NCBI GenBank assembly: GCA_964658305.1
Contig: OZ210885.1
Span: 7,068,001-7,132,000 of the forward strand
Length of the DNA: 64,000 nucleotides
Direction of reading: 5' to 3'
From: Leptogorgia sarmentosa
Taxonomy: Eukaryota
Both the position numbers and the translations under genes were made by a program. The notes below the pieces were generated by a model. The model made no database searches, was not told where the DNA came from, and saw only the letters and a program-made list of their open reading frames with translations. Shown here piece after piece: positions 27,701 through 39,435 of this stretch. Each line of letters starts with the position of its first letter. Within the stretch, counting starts at the first letter, position 1.

Positions 27701-28708
27701 CGCACATGTATCTGCACGAATGTTGCCATAAACTGAACATTGAGAACTACAGAGCCGGTTCTTTCTGACCAATCAGGAAGGAGAATACTTACTAAATGTA
27801 TAATAATAAAGGGTTATTGACCGAGCGTGAGGTCTGTACTGTGTAATATCAGACCGAGGTTTTTTAGTATGGACCGAGCGACGAAGGAGCGAGGTCAATG
27901 CAAAAAACAGAGGTCTGATATTTCACAGTACAGACCGAACAAGCGAAGTCAATAATCTGTTTATTGTATGGCTGAATTGAGTATTTGAGCATATGCTTTT
28001 CGAGCGAATTAAATCGGCTATCATCAGTTTCACTTGGTCACAGTACGCTAAACACACATGCTCAATCAAAAAGAGTTTGGTTGTTTGAAATTTTTATCTT
28101 TAGATTTTAAATGTGAAAATCTCATAATTAAAAAGCAAAAATGTTTTCTCTTTGCAAAGCAAAATTTCCCGCCAGATAAACGACATCCGGGACACCGGAC
28201 CACGGTCGAACAGAGTCAGAGTTACCAGAACAGAGAATTTTGAAAAGACATATAATAATGTACCTTATGGAAGGTGATGACAGGTTTTGGATGGATGCGG
28301 ATCACTTTCAAACACGATCTGTATCCGGAAAAGATCTGAGCGAAGAGGCGCATGAAAATTGCACGAATTTCCTTATCCTGCAAAGAAATACAAAAGGAAG
28401 TTATTGTATATAATATTTAATTAATTATAGTCGCCTCAGGTCGTGTAATTACAGGCCCATATCCACTTCGCCGTAAATATAGAAGCGAATATTATGACTA
28501 TAAGCTATACATTTTGTCGTTATTGAAGACTTTAGGGCCCAACCGATAGCAGTAGTTGAGCCAGTTTAATGTAGACGTTGTATGAAAGACGTTATAATCA
28601 GTATCTTGTTTATTGAAGTTCTTAATAAGTGTTTTTCTTTACGATTATCAAAAAGGGTAAAATTGAAGACTGTTTCTTGTCATGTACCCGTAATAGAGTC
28701 CGCTTTGC

Positions 28709-28754
<46 letters not shown>

Positions 28755-31700
28755 GTCTATATTTGTGCATTTACAGTTCCAAATTGCCTCCCTATTGCCT
28801 GAGATTCGGGATGGACCAATCAGATCGCTGGAAATGTCGTAGTGGTAGTACTGTTCGGTATGAGAAATTTCCGGTATCAGTATACCGAGAGATTTATACC
28901 GAATATTATCGGTATACCGATTTTTGAACGAGTGTCATCACCTAAGGAAATAAAAGCTTAAAAACCTCTAAGTCTAACGCTGTAATCGCATGATGAGAAT
29001 ATTTACCAATTCAGAGCATGTAAAATACCGTGTTAAGGCATAAGCTGATAAATTAGCTGATAGCTGATAAATTTACACTCGCATATAGTTGCAACAATAC
29101 AGAACTGTTACAGTTCATTGAAAAATTTCGGTATATATAAAACTTCGATATATGGGTATAACGAAAAAAAGTTTAAAAACTATACCGATATAAGTTTTCA
29201 CACCGATATTTTCGGTATATATCGGTATACTGAACAGTCCTATGTCCTAGTCGCTTCAAAATTTATACTAAAAGCTCAAAAATAGTTTAACCACGTTCAG
29301 AATTGTCATAAAAGTCCCACACTTGTTGCGTTCACTCGTAACATTTATGACATTGTCCTTCACGTAATAAAACCGAACGATATGAGTTCCCCCTGATACG
29401 ATAACCTATAGTAATAGTACGTACCTGTAGGTGTAATGGTGATGGATTAACAAGTGGTGGAAAGGCGAGATCTGACACAACCAAGTACGGATTGAGAACC
29501 TAAACAAGAGAAAAATAAGACACAATCTTCAAAAGTTCTAGTTTTGTTTTGACTATACCATGACAACCCTGGACTGGCTGTCGAGTATAACCTATATTAT
29601 ATAATACCTCATTACATTCAGGTCGTTTGATTGGTTAATTATGGTCACGTGATATTGAATAGAAAGTTCCATTTCCCAAGAGTGCAATAGTACGAATACT
29701 ATTGCACTCTGGAGAGTGCAATAGTATTCGTACTATTGCACTCTGTGTTTTCAGTAACTCCCATCCTTCAAAACGCTCTTCGGACAGTGATCGCAGTTTA
29801 TTTAGCCCCGATTCTCAACGTGAGGTAAATGCGATTTATATAAAACAAATTATGTATAACAAATATTATATAAACAAACAAGTATTATATAAAACAAATA
29901 ATGAATGTTTTTATTCGTGCAATGTTAAGAATATTTTCATTCGGTGAAAGATGGAATGTTCCATTCAACTCGGCTATCGCCTCGTTGAATAGAACATTCC
30001 ATCTTTCACCTCATGAAAATATTCTTACCATTGCACTCATAAACATTCATTATTTGTATACTATCGCACATTGATGACGTCAGACTACCCAGGAATACAC
30101 ATCACTTATAGACTCCCCACAGGAGAAATCGACTAAATATCGTAAATCTCCGGCTATAAGCCCCCGAATTTAAGCTGCCCGGACCGTTTGTTTAACGCTA
30201 GGTTAAGGCTAACCGTGGGTTAAAATTAAACTCGGTGTTCTAGTTTGTCTGTTTCTGAACGTCTGTTTACTTCATAACCTCAAAGAAGAAAACTGTTATT
30301 GATCCAGGCACGATTTCTGAAGAAACATTTTTGACTTTATAGAAAGTATGCCGGGAAATTTGTTTAGAATTTCGCGTTAACCCAGGGTTAATATGTCATC
30401 TCTGTTAAATCATGGACTTACTAGTGTTAGTGCATGTCTTGTTCTGGATAAATACGGTTCGGGAATGGAAGATAAATTGACAGATTCCGGAATACTGACA
30501 TGTCCACCATCGAGATCAACCAAAAACACATCATTCTAAAATGTTTGAAATAAATAAGGACGAAAGCTAGATATCAAATACGTTCGTGAGCGAGACTGTG
30601 TGTACGTGAGGGGGGGTACTTAATCATTAAATACGTTCGTAAGCAACTGTCTGTACGTGGGGGAGGGGGGTTACTTAATCCCCAAATACACTCGTAAGCA
30701 AGAGTGTCTGTGTACGGTGGAGGGGGGGGGGGGGGTTACTTAATCATTAAGTACGTAAGCCAGTGTGTCTGTGTACGTCGGGGAGGGGGGTTACTTAATC
30801 CTTGAATACGTTCGTAAGCAAGACTGCCTGTGTAGGTAGGGGAGGGGGTTACTTAATCATTGTGGGGGAAATGAATTTGCAATTTGGGATTTCGCGGCCG
30901 GGAGAGGTTATTGGTTGTAATGATGGATGATAAAATACGAATAAATCACAGTGCCAGTATTATGGCATTTTGTTATGGTATTTGGCATTTTCTTGTTATG
31001 TTAAATGGCGTTTCGTTATGATACATGGTCGGGTTATGGTATGTGGTAGTGGTACTGGTTATGGTAATGTATATGGTGTTTCGTTATAGTGTATGATACT
31101 GATTATAATGTATGATATTTTATAATGGTAGACAGTGTATGGTATATTTCATTACAGTATATAGTATTGGGTTACGGTATATGGTATGTGGTATTTGTTA
31201 TGGTACATTGCATTTTGTCATGTATTTCATGATGGTATACTGTCATTAAACAGTGTATGGATTTTCATGCTTGTCGTAACTACTCACCACCTCAGGTATG
31301 TTATTTTTATAGTTGGTATGAACTCCCATGATGAAAGGTGTTGGTGCGCTAATGAAGTCCAGCAGGGCTGACGGCAATATAGGTATATACACATAGCTAG
31401 ACAAGAAAAGAGTTGAAGTTAGAGCCGTAGCTGCATAGGCTTTAATAAATAGAGACCTGAGCTTCACCTTTACGACAAACCCAATCTCTGGAAATGTTGT
31501 TAGAAAATGTTAGCTTTGGGGAATTATAGGATAAATTGTGCAATAAACTTAAACAAAGAATAGGTCATTCTGTTTTCCAAAAATTGTACATCTGGGGCCG
31601 GTTGTATAAAAATGCAGTTAAAGTTAACTATATAGTAAGTGCGGAAATTGAACAATCAGAAAGGCGTATTTCTAAGTTAACTACCATTTAACTAGAAAAC

Positions 31701-34700
31701 GGAGAGTTAAGAGTTTTATACAACCGACCCCTTATCTTAAAATTCAATTTGAAATTTGGCGTGTGCGGTTAGCGGTTTGCCGTTAGTATACACAGTCTCT
31801 AATTCTCCCATTAATCACTGCAGTAAAGATATATTTGGCATGTTTATATCAACTATACGGTAATTTCAGTACTTTAAACACATTTCCATTGTCAAAATGT
31901 ATGGATTTCGCTCTAATTTAGGTGTTATTTTGTTGAGTTTTATTCTGTTGTTTAATTCCTAAAGGCAAACCAAGGAGAAATTAAGCTTAATGCACCATTC
32001 CATAAACGTCAAACGTGAACGGCAAATGGGGAGCCTCGTGTTTGACGTTTCGCGAAATACGCGAAGCTTGAAGTCCCTCCTGTTTATGACAGTGCCTGTG
32101 TATACGTACCTAAACTTCAGAGGATATAAGATCGAAAGTAGTCCAAGTGATGCACTGGTAAGCAATGAATAACTGCTGGAAAAAAACAGGACTTTGTTCT
32201 CCGTCACCAAAGCACAAAATAACGTTAGCACATTGTGCATACCTACAGCAAAACACAAAAAAGAATACTACAATAAATGTATGGAATAAATGCTTAATTA
32301 CCGTAGCCTCCTTACACAAAAAAAAATGTCTTAATATTCGCGTATCGCTTCTTCGAGGTCACTGAAGTCACTGACTTTACTCAGCAAGAAGAAAAATCCA
32401 CTAAGCACATTCGTTATTAATCAACTCATTTACATATGTCAAAAGGAGAAAATCGCACTAAAATGTGTAAGTAGGCCTTAAGGCCAGTTAACATGCATGG
32501 GCAATTTTAGCTGCGATTTCGGAAGCGATACGAAAGATTTTGAGGAAATTACTATCAAAATTGTTATGAGTATTCACAACAACATTTATAACTGACCAAC
32601 GGGAACTTTTGTTGCGATTTTCTCATTTTGAACGATGTGAAGGAGTTGGTCAGTTATAAATGTTCTAAGGTATGGAATCTCATGAGAACTTTGATAAGTA
32701 ATGTTACTCCTTTACATCGTTCAAAATGAGAAAATCGGCCCCAAAATCGCCGGTGTAAACGGGCGTTTAGTTTGTCGAGGGCTTCATTCCTGAATGACGC
32801 GTTTGGTCAGAATACTTTGTCCACTGTCCACTTACCAAGCATGCGAAAAACATTTGCCACGGATTTTCCAGTGATTGGAACTTGATCCCAGAGAGGCGGG
32901 CTGAGCGTCTTTTTCTCTCCCATCCCCACAGAGAATGTGATGGCGTCTGATCCGACAGTAGGAACTTGAACGAAGCCAAGAATTGAGCCAATGATCTTTT
33001 CAAGACGTGCACCATCCCCATTTAACCATGAAGTATAAATTGCTCCGAGGCAACTCTAAAGAAAGTTGATAAATATCACAGTGAATCGTTTTGGACCAAA
33101 AATGATCTACAGTATACAAATAATGAATGTTTATTTCGTGCAATGGTAAGAATATTTTCATGAGTTGAATGGAACATTCCATCTTTCACCGAATGAAAAT
33201 ATTCTTTCCATTGCACGAAATAAACATTCATTATTTGTTTTATATGACACTTTGTTAAATTTGGTATTTGAAATACCCGCCATTTTGTTTTGTTAGTTTA
33301 CTAAATAAAATTCCATCGCTCACATGGTCGCGCCACGTTCATGGATTCGCCATTAAATGCGTGCGATAATAACATTTTGAGTGATTGAAAATAATTAAAA
33401 CCACCGTGCAATGGAAAATGTGAAGAGTTAGTCAACGAGTTGACAGGGTGGATTGTGTCGGTTAAACGCATATAGTGAAGTGAAATCTCAGTCGCTCTAA
33501 GAATATCTACAGAGTGTCCCGCAAAAAACTCCCCTCTACAGAAATCAGCTCTTTTGTTGTCAAACGTGCGTTGTTATGCCTTTGAGAATTAAATGAATGG
33601 TTCGTGAACGACAAAGTATTTACAACAACACGTATTGCTGTACGTCAGAAGTTACTGTAATTTAAATTTCCAGAGGCAGGTTGTTCAAAAGCCGGTTAGT
33701 TTACCCTAAAATTACCCTTAAAAATTCAAGGCAAATTTCTCAACAGTTTGTTTAAGAATTTAGAAATATCTCTTAAACGCTAAATGCTGAACAATATTGT
33801 TGACAAGATTGAACAACGTAGCCAGCAAAACATTGTTTACTTTATGCCTAGGTTAAACGTCGAAGTTTTCATGTGCCGAACCTAATGTTAATGAGCAAAG
33901 TTCTTTGGGCGCATGAAAAGTTCGACGTTTGACCTAGGCCTAAGGGCCTGTTTATATGGAGGCGAGTTACCCGGTTGACCGAGTTACTCGCTTTGCCGGG
34001 TAGCTCGCCTTCAATAGAAAACTATAGGTTTCCCGGTGAAGTGTTTACATGGCGCAAGCGGGTAACTCGCCTTGGTGAGTTCCCGGTGAAAAGAGCCGGG
34101 ATCTCGCCCAGGCGAGATGAATATTTTATCATGTAAACACTTTGACCGGGAAACTCGGCTTGCCGGGAGGAACTTTTGTGAACAGCGCATGCGTAGTACA
34201 TTCTAATGTACTACCAGGTTAGGGTACTTCATGTAACTACAGTGTGTTGAACAGATGAATGCCGAGTAACTCGGTTCCATATAAACAGAACGCTTGTTTG
34301 TCCCGGCAAAGCGAGTAACTCGGTCAACCGGGTAACTCGCCTCCATATAAACAGGCCCTAAGTCCTGTTTTCATCAACCCTGAACAGGTTGATCATTTTT
34401 CAGGCCTAAAGTAAGCGTGATACTTGGTGTAGTCGGCCACTGAAAGGCCCCACTGAGGAGCAAACTGAATAATCTAAAACTATAACATAAGTAACGCAAC
34501 TAAAGATTACGCCTACCTTCAATATATCAAAGTAAGTATATCTGGAGACAAGACAGAGGCATTTTGGATAGAATGCCTCCATTTGCACGTCTTCCTTTAG
34601 CTCGTCCGAATCGTTTCTTGAATCACCAGAAATATTAATTGCTCCAATATTATCGGCATTTTCAAATTCGTCTCTTTTTTTGACAAGCGTGAAAGGTTCT

Positions 34701-37678
34701 AGAAATGACAAGCATGCTACATAGCTTCGGTTGCCAACCATGTCTGTGAGTACTGACACATAGAATGTCGATGGTTTATTGTAATATGATATTTCCCATC
34801 CTCCAGGCTGACAGAACTAGAGAAAATAAAAGAAAGACATTGTTTTAACGAGCTTGCGTTATCGACCATAGCAAAAAGGATGGCGGTACTGTATACACAT
34901 TTTACAGGAATGCACCGGGGGTCTGAAATCGTTTAAAAAAGCAGAATGGCATATTAAAGGGTTATTGACCGAGCATGAGGTCTGTACTGTGAAATATCAG
35001 ACCGAGGTATTTTAGTATGGACCGAACGACGAAGGAGCGAGGTCAATGCAAAAAAACTGAGGTCTGATATTTCACAGTGCAGACCGAACAAGCGAGGTCA
35101 ATAAACTGTTTATTGTATGGCTGAATTTAGTATTTGAGCATATGCTTTTCGCGCGAATTAAATCGGCTATCATCAGTTTCACAGTATACGGTAGACAAAC
35201 ATGCTCAATCTAAAACAATTTGGTTGTTTGAATTTTTTATCTTAAATTGGAAAATTAAAAAGCAAAAATCTTTCTGTTTGCGAAGCGAAATTTCCCGCCA
35301 GATAAACGACATCCGGGATACCAGTCCAGATACGGAAAATACGGACCACGGTCCGGATATGGGTTTTTACGGACCGCTTGTCGACCAATCAGAATAGAGA
35401 ATTTTGAAAAGCCATATAATAATTTGAAGTACAGACAGAAGACAAATTAAGTTATTTTCGTACTACTTTTAAAATTCCTATCATTACCAATGCTTCTTTT
35501 AGAAATCAGAAAAACTAAAACAACCCTGAAATTTTCGGTCTTTGTAATTTAATGGCAATCTATTGAATATGTACTACAATGATGTTAATGCTCATATTAT
35601 CTACATTCATGGTATCTCACCAAACATGTGTGCAATTTTTTTATCGATACTTTCAGAACCGTACTTTCTAGCAAAACAAACAAAATCCATCACTACAGAT
35701 GGAAAGAGCATCTTAAGGTTCACCTTTGCACAAAATTTGATTGCCCAATGCAAAAATAAACACCTTGCTCAAAAGTAGTGCAAAGAGTCACACACATGAA
35801 ATTATGAAAACTAACTTTAAAGGGATACATTCTGTGACTAATTCTGCAGACTACAATTGGCAATTTTATTAATTCTAACACTTGGTGGTTCAGATCATAA
35901 TTTAGACTAAGGCTCAAATTATCATTGGTGAATGTTATGGATGGTTGAAAAACTAAATTTATATTAGTTTACAGTACAGCCAAAGATTGAGTGCATTTCA
36001 GAAATCGACAACCTGATTAACTTTGATTCTTATGCTTTAAACATTTGAAGTCATCATCATCAGGATATACTCCACACTAACATACTATAGAATACATGGG
36101 GCAAAACCTTGAAAGAACCATTCATGTTCAATGTACAGTGTGTCCGAAAAAATTGAAGGCTATGGCCACCCTTTAGTTCTTAGTGCAAAAAAGAATGCCT
36201 CTAATACTGTATAATAAGCCCAAAATCTTTTCAATTGTGTACACAACCAATGATATTCATGCATTCTATTCTGTGTTATTTTAGTAGAACAAACTCAACT
36301 TGCAATGGAAGCATAAAAATTCTCTGCTCGGGCATTTTCAGCATTCTTGGGCTCGTTAAGGAGTGAAAAGCATTCAAATTCGAACATGCTGCACTAGTGC
36401 TCGAATTCGAAGGGTAGCCTGTTTGGGGACCCACTGTATATAGCTAATTTAATTAAGGTTATACTCTCAAGGTCAAAGGCCAGAGGTTAAAAAGTTAAAA
36501 ATTCAAGCACGCATGACGTAAGTAGTATAATATGATAAGGTTGGTAAGTAAACAATAATATGACTCACTACTGCTTAAAACAAGTCGAAAGAATATACGT
36601 CTCATGAACAAAATTTGCTAAAAAATAGCAGCCCCTACTTCTAAGATAGCATTACTAAATATGCACAACGTTTTCAGGCAACAAAACGAGTAAAAAAGTC
36701 CAAAAAATACGAAAAGTTGCTTTCAACTTGCCATGTCTCCATGCTGCATGCCTGTTGCTGTGTGACAATTGTTGTTATAAAAGAGAAATTCACAATCTTA
36801 TAAATAAAAGCCCACTAATAGGATCACATATTCATTTTTTCAAAATGCTTATTCATTGTTTCAGTTAACTACCAGCATTCTGTTCAACTTTGAAGTTCAA
36901 TTTGTAGTTTATGTTTAGACTTTCACAGCCTCAGTTTAATTAGTTGTATTTATATATTGCATAGTATGTAATAGTAGTTATACCGCATTCCAGGTGATGA
37001 CAAATTGAGTCAAAACATAGAAATTTGAGTTGATTGTGTTCTCAATTTTCAGAGCAACTGTTATACTATATTCTATCAACATACTCAGTGGGCCTGCAGT
37101 GCCATAAATTATGTATCTTTCTTTTATTATGCAGAAGATGGATTTAATAGTTTTGTAAATATAAACATGTCAAAGATATAAATGTGTGTTAAAACCTCTT
37201 CAAACACGGTGATTTCCCTATAGTTTGTAGAAAATAAAATTTGACATCCATAATCTCTGTGATATCTCATTTTAACACCATCACAGGCAGGATTTTATGA
37301 AAAATTCATTGATAGACAAAACTGGGGCTTGAATAGCCAACACATTGCAACATAGTTTTCGTATATTTGTATACATAAAAATATTTGTTATCATAATACC
37401 ATTTCCAGCCCCTCGGGAAAGACATCCTTTCTGTCTTGAGACGGGAAACGTTGAAGAACTTTTCCATTTAACTCTTTCTTGCCATCTAAAAGATCGAAGA
37501 GTGACAAAATATAAACATAGACGAACCCCAATTGAGCACTTATTATCGTTCGACAAAGTAAGGTATAGATGCACTTTTTGTTTAATAAACAACCAGGCGA
37601 TTGATAAAATTGATAAATACCTGTTGAACTAGCTTTGGGTATGCCGATAACGGCAAAATAATCTGCCAAACGAGACAT
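777..37678 (-). CDS. SBF2: SET-binding factor / myotubularin-related protein 5/13 family (DENN, GRAM, inactive myotubularin phosphatase, C1), multi-exon, 3' end outside window
   Basis: GT-AG exons with consistent phases (minus strand): 37621-37678, 37400-37485, 34517-34816, 32836-33055, 32110-32242, 31288-31396, 30422-30535, 29425-29499, 28264-28377, 27323-27373, 26230-26307, 25483-25581, 24625-24924, 23539-23688, 22971-23039, 21820-21985, 21050-21246, 19718-19904, 18844-18972, 18073-18243, 17374-17447, 16684-16879, 15305-15438, 14635-14997, 13715-13902, 11733-11989, 10648-10850, 10314-10361, 9199-9333, 7751-7855, 6692-6877, 4817-5077, 4018-4181, 2529-2691, 1696-1776, 777-906 (~1830 aa). Recognisable motifs: [80 protein letters not shown]. 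Probably the single invertebrate SBF1/SBF2 co-ortholog. Confidence 0.95.
1291..1640. repeat. Pentanucleotide microsatellite (GAACA/GAATG/GAACG)n
   Basis: Directly visible. Confidence 0.95.
2756..3082. repeat. ~19 x 17-bp minisatellite (ATAATCTATTGACCATC)
   Basis: Directly visible. Confidence 0.95.
9347..9694. mobile_element. MITE, AATGGACCGATTG family
   Basis: Inverted termini AATGGACCGATTG / CAATCGGTCCATT; second copy at ~18265-18667. Confidence 0.7.
9822..10060. mobile_element. Tc1/mariner-like MITE
   Basis: TA-CAGGGTGTCCCAAAAAA ... TTTTTTGGGACACCTG-TA; relative at ~33510-33680. Confidence 0.7.
12219..12883. mobile_element. 665-bp near-perfect palindromic MITE (P-element-like), nested in a Harbinger-like MITE (~12072-12898)
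   Basis: CATAGGTAGCCC...GGGCTACCTATG termini; 7-bp TSD GGAAAAC (12212-12218, 12884-12890); degenerate one-arm copy at ~36508-36850. Confidence 0.85.
15515..16020. repeat. AC-rich low-complexity tract with a ~170-bp tandem duplication and (AACACC/AACATC)n
   Basis: TAGCACTACTATGTGACGTTAACATGC... repeated at ~15515 and ~15685. Confidence 0.8.
22672..22820. repeat. ~150-bp near-perfect hairpin with a GAA-capped centre on the minus strand
   Basis: Arms exactly complementary; centre on minus strand ATTTCCC-GA-GGAC-GAA-GTCC-GA-GGGAAAT. Confidence 0.85.
23922..24165. repeat. Polypurine G-run tract
   Basis: Almost exclusively G/A on the + strand. Confidence 0.85.
28711..28753. repeat. (ATT)n microsatellite
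   Basis: Directly visible. Confidence 0.95.
30575..30865. repeat. ~50-60-bp degenerate tandem repeat with G-runs
   Basis: AATACGTTCGTAAGCAA...GTGTACGT-G(n)-TTACTTAATC repeated about 5 times. Confidence 0.8.
33944..34358. mobile_element. PIF/Harbinger-like MITE
   Basis: Long TIR GGGCCTGTTTATATGGAGGCGAGTTACCCGG... / ...CCATATAAACAGGCCC with TAA TSD. Confidence 0.85.
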
Positions 37679-37984
37679 AATGATGAAGCCCTACCCATCA
37701 CCTTTGATCGCAATAAGCCGCCATGTTGTAAACCACCAAGAACGCGATCAGGATTCCGAAGGCGCAGGCGCAAATGAGGTCCAGCCCGCGAACAGGCTGT
37801 GGGAGGATTTTGCTGAGTTTGCTCGATTCGCCGAAACCACTATATATATAGCCTGCTCCAGCCTCGTACCCAGGCGCTTCTTAGCTTAGAGAGATTAGCA
37901 AGAATCCAGATAAATATATAGAGATCGGGCGCGAGCGCGCAAGGGTTGATGGGCAGGCGCGACGGAGGAAGCGCCTGGCAGAAT

Positions 37985-38661
37985 CACTGAGCTATATTAT
38001 TAATCTGGAGATCAGGCACTCCATTGAAAGGTGTCGCCAAAAACATGGCGGATTTACGTCACACGTCCCCTATTCTCATGATGGCAATTACTGACCACAG
38101 TTGAAGTGTGTGCAGGCGCCGTTCCCAATCCCCCCTGGATTTTACTGTACGATTTTATATATAAATATATATACTGCAGTGCTGTTTTGATATTTTTTCA
38201 AAGAATTCAGATAAAGTATTAAAATTCTCTTACATCTCAAAAATATATTGTTGTATTTGTTGATGTACGCGCCTATAAATACCGAACGCGATTGATTAAA
38301 GAGGACAGGAATGGACCAGTGTGACGACAGTTCTTTGTTGTCAAAGGAGTTGTGACATCCGTAAACATAGCAAAAACGCGGCATGTTGATAATCAAGAAA
38401 ATTGAACGAAATATTGTTTTGAATTTAAAACTTTGACGTGATGTTAGCTGGTATTTTAGTATTTTATTTTCAGACAGGGGGTGAGAAAACTGCTCACTTT
38501 CGGCAATGTTATTTGGTCGCTGGTTAGTCCCCTGAAATAGGGGAACTTACTACGTCATAATGACGTAAATTTGGCTAAAATCCGCCATGTTTTTGGCGAC
38601 ACTATTTTGTACGGCGAGGTATTACGACCTGATCTCCAGATATATTAAGTATAGCTCAGTG
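37985..38661. mobile_element. Degenerate TIR element carrying a THAP-domain remnant
   Basis: CACTGAGCTATA...TATAGCTCAGTG termini; inner IR GTGTCGCCAAAAACATGGCGGATTT; minus-strand MPRFCYVYGCHN...H remnant starting at 38384; no clear TSD. Confidence 0.6.
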
Positions 38662-39435
38662 GTTTTGGCACACTTGCGGCTAAATAGCGGCACCAGCGAC
38701 GCCATCTTGGATTTTAACGTGAGGGAGACTGGGACGATATATAACGCCGACGCAAAATGTAAAAATATCAATGATGCAGGCTATATATGCAAATATTTTC
38801 TTGTTTATTTCTTTGGGATACGCACAATCATCTTGTAGCAAAAGTTTACTTGTCCGACCGGTTCCTCCCTAGCGACTTTTCTCTTTTGTCTCAACCTAAT
38901 CAGCTTCACACATTTTCAGATCGAAGGCTCAAAGCTCGAAGACAAACGATAAAACTTGTTGCGCGCGGAAATATTCATTGGTGAGCAAAATTAGCAATCA
39001 GAGCTATCAGCTGAGTTGCCAGTCACCGGTGGGCATTCGCATAAGCCAAGTCCCTCCCGTATTCGGCAAAATTTCGAGAGATTTTCAGCAAGCTTCACGA
39101 AATCTATCAATGTGGACATGTCTCGAAATCTCGCGTGCAGATCAGAGCCTGTTTATCAGGCGGGAGCTTGACGGTAGCCTACATAATTTCGGTTAATCTA
39201 CGTACTAAAGGTATTGAATCTTATTCTTCATAGGGCTGTGATTACTGATTACCATCTATTTTTTCCTATTTCTATAGCTGCAACGAGCTAACACTTCATA
39301 AATTAAATTATCCCACAATTTTACCAACATTAGTGACCCAGGTTTTTACCACGATTTTACCAGTGATTTTACCTCACCCGCGAGAACCCACGAGCAATAT
39401 CGTAGTTCCCAGTCTCCCTTACGCTAAAATCCAAG

